Shown: positions 52,825-61,910 of the stretch, piece by piece
How positions within the stretch are numbered: the first letter of the stretch is position 1
Layout: every line of letters begins with the position of its first letter
Assembly (NCBI GenBank): GCA_965208675.1
Contig: OZ242351.1
Span: forward strand, 1,600,001-1,664,000
Length of the DNA stretch: 64,000 nt
Reading direction: 5' to 3'
Source of the DNA: Candidatus Poribacteria bacterium
GTDB taxonomy: Bacteria > Poribacteria > WGA-4E > PCPOR2b
Position numbers and translations under genes: made by a program
The notes under the pieces: generated by a model
What the model saw: only the letters and a program-made list of their open reading frames with translations
Database searches by the model: none
What the model was told of the DNA's origin: nothing

Positions 52825-54756
52825 GTGAGCACATTCTCGAACACCGAATCTAACAAGAACCCGGCTAGTATTCCTTTTAGAGTGTTCGTCATTGGCCTTG
52901 CTTTGGCGCTCGTAAACACCTATTGGGTTGCGACAAATGACCTTATCATTGGTCCGCTGCATAACTACATGTCGCTCTTTAGTAATGCCATTTTCACCCT
53001 GTTTGTCCTGATTCTCCTGAATTTCGTTCTGAAGAAACTCCTACCAAAAACCGCCCTGTCCGACTCCGACCTTCTAGTTGTCTACGTTATGGTTGTTATG
53101 GTGACGACGGTGTCCGGACACACCAGCATGAACAAGTTGGTGGGTACGCTTGCCCACCCATTCTGGTTTGACACAGAGGAAAATGATTGGCGGAATCTGT
53201 TCTGGCGGCACATCCCCGATTGGTTTGCCATACAAGACAAGAACGTGCTGCAAGGTTTTTTCCTCGGTGAGGCCTCCTTCTTCACGCGACATTATTTCAC
53301 GGCTTGGATTGTTCCATTGCTTTGTTGGTCCGCCTTTATGTTTGTTCTCTATTTCGTCCTCATCTGCATAAACACGGTTATCAGGAGACAGTTTACTGAC
53401 CACGAACGCCTCACCTACCCGATTACGTGGATGCCATTGGAGATGGGGCGCGACACAACCGCTTTCCTAAAGAGTAAATTAATGTGGGTGGGATTCGGCA
53501 TCGCGGCTGGAATTAGTCTGCTGAATGGCCTACACGTCTTATATCCTGCTGTACCGTCTGTCCGTGTTGGGTGGCAGCATTTCAATTTTCCCGACAAACC
53601 GTGGAGTTACATGCGCGGGACACTCATCTCATTCCAGCCTTTCGTCATCGGATTGTCCTTTTTTATGCCGCTCGACCTTGCTTTTTCCGCCTGGTTCTTC
53701 TACATCTTCAAAAAAGTGACCTTGATTTTGATGGGGGTTGCCGGGTGGCGAAACCTTTACTTTGATGAACAGGCACAAGGTGCCTGGACTGCGTTGGGCA
53801 TCTTGGCGCTATGGGTCGGGCGAAATCACCTCAAGCGGGTTATCACCCACGTAGCAACCGGAAAGGCAGGCATTGACGATTCGAGAGAATCTATGTCTTA
53901 TCGGGCTGCGATTTTAGGTATCATCGGCGGGGTGTTGTTCTTCCTCTGGTTTGCTTACAGTGCAGGTTTCTCTTATTGGGTTATTCTGCTCTTTTTGGGG
54001 CTATACTGTTGCGGCGCCATCGGTTTGACAAAGGTCAGAGCCAGCCTTGGCGTAGCTGTACACGAACTGCTTTGGGTGGATCCTGGGCGGACAATGGTCA
54101 CATCTATCGGTACCCGAGCATACGGCCCCCGAAACTTGACCATTCTCAACTTCTTCTATTGGCTAAATCGAGACCAGCCGGCGCATCCGATGCCAAATCA
54201 ACTAGAAGCTTTTCGCATCGGTGAACAATCCAATATCAACAGCCGGCAACTCGTGTGGGCGATGTTAATTACCCTCGCTGTTTGTATTCCGGCAACTTTC
54301 CTAATCTATCTCAACATAGAGTATCGGGAGGGTGCGTCAAATTCGAGGTCTTTTATTCAGTGGGTCGGAGTGGAAAGTTTTGGACGGCGTCTTCAGCCGT
54401 GGTTGACTTTTCCGACCGGTCCAAATTACTTCACGATTGGCGCAATGGGCTTAGGATTTGGCGTGACCACTTTTCTCCTAATCATGAAGATGAAGTTTCT
54501 CTGGTGGCCATTTCACCCGGTCGGTTATGTGCTCGGGGTGAGTCCGGCAGAGATGGTCTACATCTGGGTGCCGGTGCTAATCAGTTGGTCGTGCAAGCTC
54601 GCCATCCTCAGGTACGGCGGTTTACGCGCTTATCGCAGAGCCATACCATTCTTTGCCGGATTGATACTGGGCGACTATTCCATGGGCTGCATTTGGAGCA
54701 TCATCAGCGCGGTGTTTAATATTTCAACCTACAATATGGCTTGGCACGGACGCTAA
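52825..54756 (+). CDS. Large polytopic membrane protein (DUF6785/DUF6784-type, putative transporter)
   Basis: Many TM helices; W.VPL..W, ERLTYP, WWPFHPVGY, K..ILRYGG..AY....PFF.GLILG. Confidence 0.7.
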   Translation: MSTFSNTESNKNPASIPFRVFVIGLALALVNTYWVATNDLIIGPLHNYMSLFSNAIFTLFVLILLNFVLKKLLPKTALSDSDLLVVYVMVVMVTTVSGHTSMNKLVGTLAHPFWFDTEENDWRNLFWRHIPDWFAIQDKNVLQGFFLGEASFFTRHYFTAWIVPLLCWSAFMFVLYFVLICINTVIRRQFTDHERLTYPITWMPLEMGRDTTAFLKSKLMWVGFGIAAGISLLNGLHVLYPAVPSVRVGWQHFNFPDKPWSYMRGTLISFQPFVIGLSFFMPLDLAFSAWFFYIFKKVTLILMGVAGWRNLYFDEQAQGAWTALGILALWVGRNHLKRVITHVATGKAGIDDSRESMSYRAAILGIIGGVLFFLWFAYSAGFSYWVILLFLGLYCCGAIGLTKVRASLGVAVHELLWVDPGRTMVTSIGTRAYGPRNLTILNFFYWLNRDQPAHPMPNQLEAFRIGEQSNINSRQLVWAMLITLAVCIPATFLIYLNIEYREGASNSRSFIQWVGVESFGRRLQPWLTFPTGPNYFTIGAMGLGFGVTTFLLIMKMKFLWWPFHPVGYVLGVSPAEMVYIWVPVLISWSCKLAILRYGGLRAYRRAIPFFAGLILGDYSMGCIWSIISAVFNISTYNMAWHGR

Positions 54757-54845
54757 ATACCTATTCGAAAGACGTACATTACGATTTCCGATTCAACTTA
54801 GACGGAAGGCACCGCCATATTTTCAATCCCGGAGTTTAAGACATT

Positions 54846-55610
54846 ATGAGACTTGAAAACAAAGTTGCAATTGTTACCGGAGCAGCTCAGGGTATGGGTT
54901 TCGCAACAGCAAAGATTTTCAACCAACACGGAGCTAGGGTTGCCATGATTGACGTGAACACTGAGAAGCTCCTGCAGGCGGGTAAAGTTGTTGAATCCCT
55001 TGGTGCGAAGCCGCTGACGCTCGACATCGACATCAGTGATTCCACGGCGGTAAGACAGGCGGTCCAAGACGTATACAACGCTTGGGCACGAGTAGACGTG
55101 TTGGTCAACAACGCGGCAATCCAGTCACCCGGCGGTAATTTCGTTAACGCAACCGACGAGGTCTGGGACCGCTATTTGGCGGTCAACGTCAAAAGCGCCG
55201 GGTTTCTGGTCAGAGAAGTCATTCCCTTGATGCAGCAGCAGAAAGGCGGAAGCATCATCAACATCGGGTCGATTTCTGCGATGGTTGTTTTCCCCGGTCA
55301 AGCAGTATATGCCGCAACCAAAGGGGCTATTCTGCAGTTGACCCGCGCCATCGCGGTAGACTTCGGTAAGGACGGGATTCGCGCGAACTGTATCTGTCCC
55401 GGTCCGACCCTCTCCGGTCCCCTAGCGAACGGGATTGCCGAAGATGGTGCGTTAAATCCGGAGTTAGAAAATTTGGCGAACATGCATCCGCTTCAACGTC
55501 TCGCACAACCTGAAGATATCGCTCATGCCTCTCTATTTTTGGCTTCGGACGAGTCTCGGCATGTCACTGGGGTTGTGCTGCCCGTGGACGGCGGCTTTAC
55601 CGCCAGATAA
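54846..55610 (+). CDS. SDR family oxidoreductase
   Basis: TGAAQGMG, LVNNAA, YAATKG, RANCICPG, VDGG. Confidence 0.93.
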   Translation: MRLENKVAIVTGAAQGMGFATAKIFNQHGARVAMIDVNTEKLLQAGKVVESLGAKPLTLDIDISDSTAVRQAVQDVYNAWARVDVLVNNAAIQSPGGNFVNATDEVWDRYLAVNVKSAGFLVREVIPLMQQQKGGSIINIGSISAMVVFPGQAVYAATKGAILQLTRAIAVDFGKDGIRANCICPGPTLSGPLANGIAEDGALNPELENLANMHPLQRLAQPEDIAHASLFLASDESRHVTGVVLPVDGGFTAR

Positions 55611-55725
55611 AAAAATATTCCACTAGCCAATAACCACTGATTTTCCCTTGACACGTGGATTTACCATCTGTTAAGATTTAGAAAAGATACCGCTCTGTTT
55701 AAAATTTAAAATATTACCATTTAAC

Positions 55726-55768
55726 GGCGAGGTGAGGGCGCTGTGCGGTGCCCCCCTCGCCTTTTTTT
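55726..55768 (+). terminator. Intrinsic terminator
   Basis: GGCGAGG/CCTCGCC outer stem and GGGCGC/GTGCCC inner stem followed by T7. Confidence 0.75.
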
Positions 55769-56214
55769 ATCCGACAGCGCGGAACATGCCTGAATAATCA
55801 GTCGGACCGGCGCCGAACGCGTCGAATTAGCGAAATAAATGAGATTGGCATTGTGGCATAAAATCAAAACTAAAAAATCAGAATTTCAACCCAAACTCTG
55901 CGAAGTGTCCCGAAAAGGGAAACGCCGATTAGGGTCACAAAAGGACACTTTAGGGCACATTGAAGCCGGTGAATTGAGGCAAGGGCCGGACATGCCGCCG
56001 AGCCAATGTTTGACGAGATTCTCAAGCGTTTGGATATTCTAAAATCAACCCAAAATTCGCCGATGGCAGAGAGTGTCCCCAAGGCCAAAATCACATTGGT
56101 AGGGACACCTTGGGACACCGTGAAAGACATAATCTCAATCGCAAATCCTACCGCGAACAACCAAAACTCAACAGCCAACGCCGAAATTTACGAGAATTTG
56201 CAATACGCATAATT

Positions 56215-56244
56215 AAAGTAGAAGGCATACGCCGTGTGCCGTAA
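56215..56244 (+). repeat. GTAG REP copy (same family as 38045)
   Basis: AAAGTAGAAGGCATACGCCGTGTGCCGTAA; degenerate duplicate at 58107-58134. Confidence 0.7.
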
Positions 56245-56298
56245 TTGACGTCACGATGTCAACATTGTGTTGACGTTTTTAAACGATAGGATTTTGGA

Positions 56299-56327
56299 TT
56301 GAAAGCGTAAGTTTTTTTTGATATAAT
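56299..56327 (+). promoter_or_regulatory. Sigma70-type promoter of LamG gene A1
   Basis: TTGAAA-N17-TATAAT with extended -10 TG; conserved in the duplicate. Confidence 0.7.
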
Positions 56328-56502
56328 ACCGGCAGCTTGCATGTCCTTTCCAAACAACCTGAATTTGGAGTAGCGTTTTTGAGAGCGCGCAAGTTTGGCG
56401 GCGCATGGATGGGCTTGTGATGTGTGATTGTAATTGGAGCATAACTTATCATCTACAAAGGATTGTCCAACGTAATCAATCCGTAGAAAGGGAGGCAATG
56501 TC

Positions 56503-57294
56503 ATGTCCAGTATTGAAAGGATGATTTTAATTGGATGTGTATCTTTATTTGCTCTTGGATTCGTGCTGCAAAGTTCCTACGCCGCGATTGATCCAAACAC
56601 TATTGTTGGCGTTTGGACTTTTGAAGAAGGTGAGGGTGAGGAAGTCAGGGATATCTCGGGTAACGGAAATGACGGGATGTTCTTGGGCAACCCCAAATGG
56701 GTTGACGGAAAATTTGGCACTGCTCTGGATTTCAAGAGCTTGGGTGATGTTGTACACATCCCCGAATTTGGTCTAGTCGCACCTCAAAAAGAGGCAACAA
56801 TAACCTTTTGGACAGAACTTGGAGATACACAGGATTGCGACATCCTAAGTTTTGACCCGCTTGATGGAGCGAACCGTATCACCATCCACTTTCCTTGGGG
56901 CAACGGTGTTGTTTGGCAGCACGGCACCGACCAGCATGTTGCAGCAGGCGGAATGCCGAAGGAAACGCTGAATAACTGGGAATTTTGGGCTTTTATCGGG
57001 AGTACCAGAGGGAACTACATGAGAATCCTGCGAAATATGGAAGAGTTTGATTTGAGGGAGGATACAGCTACGGCGAAGCCCGCTTTTGTCGCTTCTGAAC
57101 AAACTTGGAGCATTGGCGGCCGACAAGGGTCGTCGTATACAGGAATCATTGATGAAGTCGGGGTGTTTGAAGCGGCTCTCAGCGACGAGGATTTGACTGA
57201 AATTATGGAAAATGGTCTGGAAATTACCGCATTTGCAGTCCACCCGTCGGAAAAAATGACGACCTCTTGGGGAAAGATTAAGCGAAAAAACTAA
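56503..57294 (+). CDS. Secreted LamG-like jellyroll protein A1 with conserved C-terminal tail
   Basis: Signal peptide (SYA|A); WTFEEG.G....DISGNGNDG, W.DGKFG.ALDF, YTGIIDEVGVF..ALS; tail AVHPSEKMTTSWGKIK. Confidence 0.88.
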   Translation: MSSIERMILIGCVSLFALGFVLQSSYAAIDPNTIVGVWTFEEGEGEEVRDISGNGNDGMFLGNPKWVDGKFGTALDFKSLGDVVHIPEFGLVAPQKEATITFWTELGDTQDCDILSFDPLDGANRITIHFPWGNGVVWQHGTDQHVAAGGMPKETLNNWEFWAFIGSTRGNYMRILRNMEEFDLREDTATAKPAFVASEQTWSIGGRQGSSYTGIIDEVGVFEAALSDEDLTEIMENGLEITAFAVHPSEKMTTSWGKIKRKN

Positions 57295-57315
57295 TTTCCT
57301 GTTGCTAAGCCATAT

Positions 57316-57643
57316 GCGAAGCCTTTAACGCTTACCTAAACGGCGTACCGGTTCTTACAACGGAAAGTTTTGATGGGCCGCCTTTCCGAAGCACTAATCC
57401 CAAACCGATGACAGCACTCTACATGATTTATCCGGAACAACCAATCCAAATCGGTGTGGGTAAAGGTTGGGGCGGTGAAAAGATTTCAGGTATCTTAATG
57501 CAATCGTTGATGAGGTCGTGATTTACGAGCGCGCGATTTCGCGCGGCGAACTTAACGAACTCATGGACTTCGACTAGCCGACGGTAGCCGTTGAACCGAA
57601 GGATAAGTTCACCGTCAGATGGGCTGAAATCAAGAACGAGTAA
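57316..57643 (+). pseudogene. 5'-deleted remnant of LamG gene B
   Basis: Matches 59800-60128 but lacks the 5' end, has a 1-nt deletion near 57480 and TGG>TAG at 57575. Confidence 0.9.
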
Positions 57644-57863
57644 AGGCAACTCACCTTTAAGGATGTCTAATCGAAGAGGCCGGTCCTGCGTAGTTACCAA
57701 TGTGCGTGGTCCGGCTTTTTCCGTTTTGACCACCTCAACACGCTAGAAGGCGGGCAAAGAGGGTGTCTAGTATTGCCATTCCGAAACTACCTTTAAACAG
57801 AAGAAGGCATGTGCATAAACGTTGAAAAAACCATTACAAATTATGTACAAAAGGTAGGTGGGA

Positions 57864-57971
57864 ATGAAGTCTAGCGCTGTGGCAAGGCTGACTGTCATGT
57901 GTACCGGTTTCGTGGTTCTTTGGTCCATCCACGCAGGATCTAGGCGTGTGCCGGACATACTGTCGAGCTAG
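57864..57971 (+). pseudogene. Truncated 5' end (signal peptide only) of a third secreted gene C
   Basis: MKSSAVARLTVMCTGFVVLWSIHA..., then runs into unit-2 upstream DNA; the same start occurs at 60352. Confidence 0.55.
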
Positions 57972-58192
57972 TGTTTGACGGGATTCTTAAGTATTTGGAT
58001 ATTCGAAAATCAACCAAGATTTTTACGGCGGACGTGTGCGTCACCAAGGACACAATCGCACGGGGTAGGACACTCACGCGAATTACGGCAGCCGTCGTAT
58101 GCTGTTAAAGTAGCAGGTATACCCCGTATGCAGTGTTTCACGTGCCAAAACCAACATCGTGCTGACGATTATTTAAACGATTGGATTTTGGC

Positions 58193-58221
58193 TTGAAAGC
58201 GCGAGTTTTTTTTGATATAAT
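58193..58221 (+). promoter_or_regulatory. Sigma70-type promoter of LamG gene A2
   Basis: TTGAAA-N17-TATAAT. Confidence 0.7.
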
Positions 58222-58397
58222 ACCGGCAACTTACATGTCCTTTCCAAACAACCTGAATCTGCAAAAGCGTTTTTGAGAACGCTCAAGTTTGACGATGTAT
58301 GGATAGGCTTGTCATGTGTGCTTGTAATCGGGGCATAACTTAACATCTACAAAGGATTGTCCAATGTTATCAATACCGTAGAAAGGGAGGCAATGTG

Positions 58398-59189
58398 ATG
58401 TCAGGTATTGAAAGGAAGATTTTAATTGCATTTGTAGTTTTATTTACTCTCGGTTTCGTGTTTCAATCCTCGTACGCCGCGATCGATCCAAACACCATAG
58501 TTGCCGCATATACTTTTGAAGAAGGTGTGGGTGAAGAGGTCAGGGATATCTCGGGTAACGGAAATGACGGAATGTTCTTGGGCAACCCCAAATGGGTTGA
58601 CGGAAAATTTGGCACCGCTCTGGATTTCAAGAGCTTGGGTGATGTTGTACACATCCCCGAATTTGGTCTAGTCGCACCTCAAAAAGAGGCAACAATTACC
58701 TTTTGGACAGAACTTGGAGATACACAGGATTGCGACATCCTAAGTTTTGACCCGCTTGATGGAGCGAACCGTATCACCATCCACTTTCCCTGGGGTAACG
58801 GCGTTGTTTGGCAGCACGGCACCGACCAGAACTTCGCAGGCGGCGGAATGCCAAAGGATACTCTGAATAACTGGGAATTTTGGGCTTTCATCGGGAGTAC
58901 CAGAGGGAACTACATGAGAATCCTGCGAAATATGGAAGAGTTTGATTTGAGGGAGGATACAGCTACGGCGAAGCCCGCTTTTGTCGCTTCTGAACAAACT
59001 TGGAGCATTGGCGGCCGACAAGGGTCGTCGTATACAGGAATCATTGATGAAGTCGGGGTGTTTGAAGCGGCTCTCAGCGACGAGGATTTGACTGAAATTA
59101 TGGAAAATGGTCTGGAAATTACCGCATTTGCAGTCCACCCGTCGGAAAAAATGACGACCACTTGGGGCAAGATTAAGGAAAAACAATAA
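58398..59189 (+). CDS. Secreted LamG-like jellyroll protein A2 (paralogue of A1)
   Basis: Near-identical to 56503..57294; tail AVHPSEKMTTTWGKIK. Confidence 0.88.
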   Translation: MSGIERKILIAFVVLFTLGFVFQSSYAAIDPNTIVAAYTFEEGVGEEVRDISGNGNDGMFLGNPKWVDGKFGTALDFKSLGDVVHIPEFGLVAPQKEATITFWTELGDTQDCDILSFDPLDGANRITIHFPWGNGVVWQHGTDQNFAGGGMPKDTLNNWEFWAFIGSTRGNYMRILRNMEEFDLREDTATAKPAFVASEQTWSIGGRQGSSYTGIIDEVGVFEAALSDEDLTEIMENGLEITAFAVHPSEKMTTTWGKIKEKQ

Positions 59190-59270
59190 TTTCCGGTTGC
59201 CTAAGCGATTTGCGTAACCTAACACAAAAACAGTTTAAGTCATGAATTCATCTTCTAAAGGAGGTTTACC

Positions 59271-60128
59271 ATGTTTCGTATTGCTTACATTATTGCGGTC
59301 TTGGGCTTGAGTGTAGTCGCAAGCATCGGTTCGGCAGATGTGATGGATGGTGTAATTTCCGTCTGGAATTTTAATGATGGTACCGCTAATGACCTGTTTG
59401 GCCGCAACAACGGAATTGTGAACGGCGGTGTCCAATTCGTTGAGGGCAGGATTCAAATGGGCGTTGACCTGAATGGGATAGATGCATCCGTCGATATTCC
59501 CCACGGGCCCACCATGGATCCGATGGAAAATGCCTGGAGCGTTGCCGCATGGGCGTTCATTCGAAATGGTGGAGACGCTTGGCCCATTGTTTGGAAGGGT
59601 GAGCAACTCGGTGGAGGCCCACTCTTTATGTTTCGTTTATGCACCAACAGCAACGTCGCTCTGACATGGGGCGCCAATAATGTCAAAGGTTCTGTACACA
59701 ACGAGAAAGAGCCGGGCGCAATCACGGCAGAGGGATGGTTCCATTCTAATCGCGTGTACAAGACCGGTGAATGGATCCACGTAGCGGAAATCGCGAACGG
59801 CGAAACCTTTAATGCTTACCTAAACGGCGAACCGGTTCTTACAACGGAAAGTTTTGATGGGGCGCCGTTCCGAAGCACTGATCCCAAACCCATGACTGCA
59901 CCCTACATGATTTATCCGGAACAACCAATCCAAATCGGTGTGGGTAAAGGTTGGGGCGGCGAAAATGATTTCAGGTATCTTGATGCAATCGTTGATGAGG
60001 TCGTGATTTATGACCGCGCGATTTCGCACGACGAACTTAACGAACTTATGGACTTCGACTGGCCGACGGTAGCCGTTGAACCGAAGGATAAGCTCGCCGT
60101 CAGATGGGCTGAAATCAAGAACGAGTAA
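59271..60128 (+). CDS. Secreted LamG-like jellyroll protein B
   Basis: Signal peptide (GSA|D); WNFNDG, WSVAAW, GEWIHVA, YLNG, IVDEVVIYDRAIS; tail AVEPKDKLAVRWAEIK; AAAGGAGG RBS. Confidence 0.88.
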   Translation: MFRIAYIIAVLGLSVVASIGSADVMDGVISVWNFNDGTANDLFGRNNGIVNGGVQFVEGRIQMGVDLNGIDASVDIPHGPTMDPMENAWSVAAWAFIRNGGDAWPIVWKGEQLGGGPLFMFRLCTNSNVALTWGANNVKGSVHNEKEPGAITAEGWFHSNRVYKTGEWIHVAEIANGETFNAYLNGEPVLTTESFDGAPFRSTDPKPMTAPYMIYPEQPIQIGVGKGWGGENDFRYLDAIVDEVVIYDRAISHDELNELMDFDWPTVAVEPKDKLAVRWAEIKNE

Positions 60129-60351
60129 AGGCAACTCACCTTAAGGATGTCTAATCGAAGAGGCCGGTCCTGCGTAGTTACAAATGTGCGTGGTCCGGCT
60201 TTTTCCGTTTTGAACACATCAAACCGCATAGAAGGTGCGTAAAAAGGGTGTCTAGTATTGCAATTCCTAAACTACCTTTAAACCGGAGAAGGCATGTGCA
60301 TAAACGTTGAAAAAACCATTACAACTTTTGTACAAAAGGTAGGTGGGAATA

Positions 60352-60572
60352 ATGTCTAGTGCTGTGGCAACGCTGACTGTCATGTGTACCGGTTGGTAGG
60401 TTCGTCATATACAGGCATTATTGACGAACTTGGGGTTTTCAATGCAACCCTTAGCAACGACGATATTCAAAGTATTATGGACAAAGCGTTGGTCCAGACC
60501 GCCTTGGCTGAAGCGGTCTCCCCATTAAGCAAGCTGACCACTACTTGGAGCCAAATTAAAACGCGGGACTAA
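60352..60572 (+). pseudogene. Internally deleted LamG gene C (signal-peptide start joined out of frame to the C-terminal end)
   Basis: MSSAVATLTVMCTGW* followed in another frame by GSSYTGIIDELGVFNATLS...AVSPLSKLTTTWSQIK. Confidence 0.75.
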
Positions 60573-60782
60573 CTAAGGAAGAGACGGAATGCCATCCCGT
60601 CGTACGAATCAATCTGGTGCTCTCTCTCTTCGATCGGAAAAGGAACTGATAATGGCTGGTCACCACGTTTGGGGCTAAGTTTGTCCCACATTCATATACC
60701 TAATGCCTAAGTTCCGAAGGCATTAATCTTATCACAAAGGAAACCACTGGATAACCGCTTATAGGTTATTGGGAGGTTAAGG

Positions 60783-61775
60783 ATGTATTACAGATGGAAA
60801 CTTGCGATTCTCATGTTATCTGGCGTCGTACTGTTGAATGGCATTTTGTTATTAATGAGCGTTCGGGCGCAAGCCCCCCAAAAAGGGACAATCGCTTTCG
60901 CTACGCCTCGTCCTCCTGCAGGCAATCTCTGGTTAATGGATGCCGATGGCGAGAATCCGCGCGCAGTGCCGAACGTTAAGGGAAGCGTCTCGGGTATGAC
61001 ATGGTCCCCGGATGGTCGAAAGATCGCCTACTACAGCGGTGTAGAGCCGAACAACGATGAGATCTTTGTGATCGATGCCGATGGCGAGAATCTCACAAGG
61101 CTGACAGAGCACCCCAAGAACGACAGATGGCCAACGTGGCATCCTAACGGTCAAAAGATTGCATTCGCCTCCAAAAGGGATGGGAACTTGGAAATTTACG
61201 TAATGAACGCTAATGGTGAGGCAAAGCAGAATATAACCAACCACCCGGACGCAGATTTCGACCCGTCATGGTCGCCGGATGGTCGAAAGATTGCGTTTTA
61301 CACCTCCCGGGACGGTAATGCGGAAATCTATGTGATGGACGCCGACGGAATGGATGCACAAAACCTCACCAACCATAACGCTGAAGACATCCAACCAGAC
61401 TGGTCGCCAGACAGTCAAAAGATTGCTTTTGTCTCTGACCGCCGGGACGGCAATAACATCTTTGTGATAGGCGTAGATGGGAATAACCTAAAGCGGCTCA
61501 CAAATGTGCCTCAACCAGACACTGAGCCTGCGTGGTCGCCAGATGGTGAAAAGATTGTCTTTACGAGCGCTCGAGGTGGAAAAGTTGACATTTGGGTGAT
61601 GGATGCAAACGGAAAGGGTGAACCTGAAAAACTCACAAAGGAAGCTCACTGGAACCGTTCGGCAGATTGGTTTGACCCCGCCTTTGCCCAGCGATTTTCC
61701 GTTTCACCCGCTGACAAGCGCCCTTTGACCTGGGGTTGGCTCAAGAGGTTCGGACGTGCCCTACCTCAGAAATAA
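60783..61775 (+). CDS. Secreted TolB-like PD40-repeat beta-propeller
   Basis: Signal peptide; repeated P.WSPDG.KIAF.S.RDGN.EIYVM; tail SVSPADKRPLTWGWLK. Confidence 0.9.
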   Translation: MYYRWKLAILMLSGVVLLNGILLLMSVRAQAPQKGTIAFATPRPPAGNLWLMDADGENPRAVPNVKGSVSGMTWSPDGRKIAYYSGVEPNNDEIFVIDADGENLTRLTEHPKNDRWPTWHPNGQKIAFASKRDGNLEIYVMNANGEAKQNITNHPDADFDPSWSPDGRKIAFYTSRDGNAEIYVMDADGMDAQNLTNHNAEDIQPDWSPDSQKIAFVSDRRDGNNIFVIGVDGNNLKRLTNVPQPDTEPAWSPDGEKIVFTSARGGKVDIWVMDANGKGEPEKLTKEAHWNRSADWFDPAFAQRFSVSPADKRPLTWGWLKRFGRALPQK

Positions 61776-61910
61776 AGCAGTTTAGTTAGGGTTACAAGGT
61801 GGTGCCAGAGGGTAGTGTACGATAGGCGGCGCTGGACTGTGACCACTGTTGCGGCAATCCAAAGGAAGAGAATTTCTTAACAAAAAAATAAGCTAAATAG
61901 GAGGTTTATC

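Larger units (their letters stand above)
55980..60394 (+). repeat. Head-to-tail tandem duplication (unit 1 about 55980-57909; unit 2 about 57945-60394)
   Basis: Collinear similarity of upstream DNA, REP copy, promoter, leader, LamG gene A, gene B or its remnant, downstream hairpin and the start of gene C. Confidence 0.9.

Noticed and set aside
55839-56212. Short ORFs 55839..56042, 56006..56212 and 55870..56178 as genes
   Set aside because: No recognisable motifs or RBS, and the frames are not preserved in the duplicated copy at 57945-58107.
56215-58134. REP copies as breakpoints of the tandem duplication
   Set aside because: Similarity between the units extends 160-230 nt upstream of the REP, so it was copied passively inside the unit.
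57316-60128. Diversity-generating retroelement (B remnant as template repeat, gene B 3' end as variable repeat)
   Set aside because: Mismatches involve all four bases rather than template adenines, there is an indel and a nonsense change, and no reverse transcriptase is in the window; ordinary pseudogene decay fits better.
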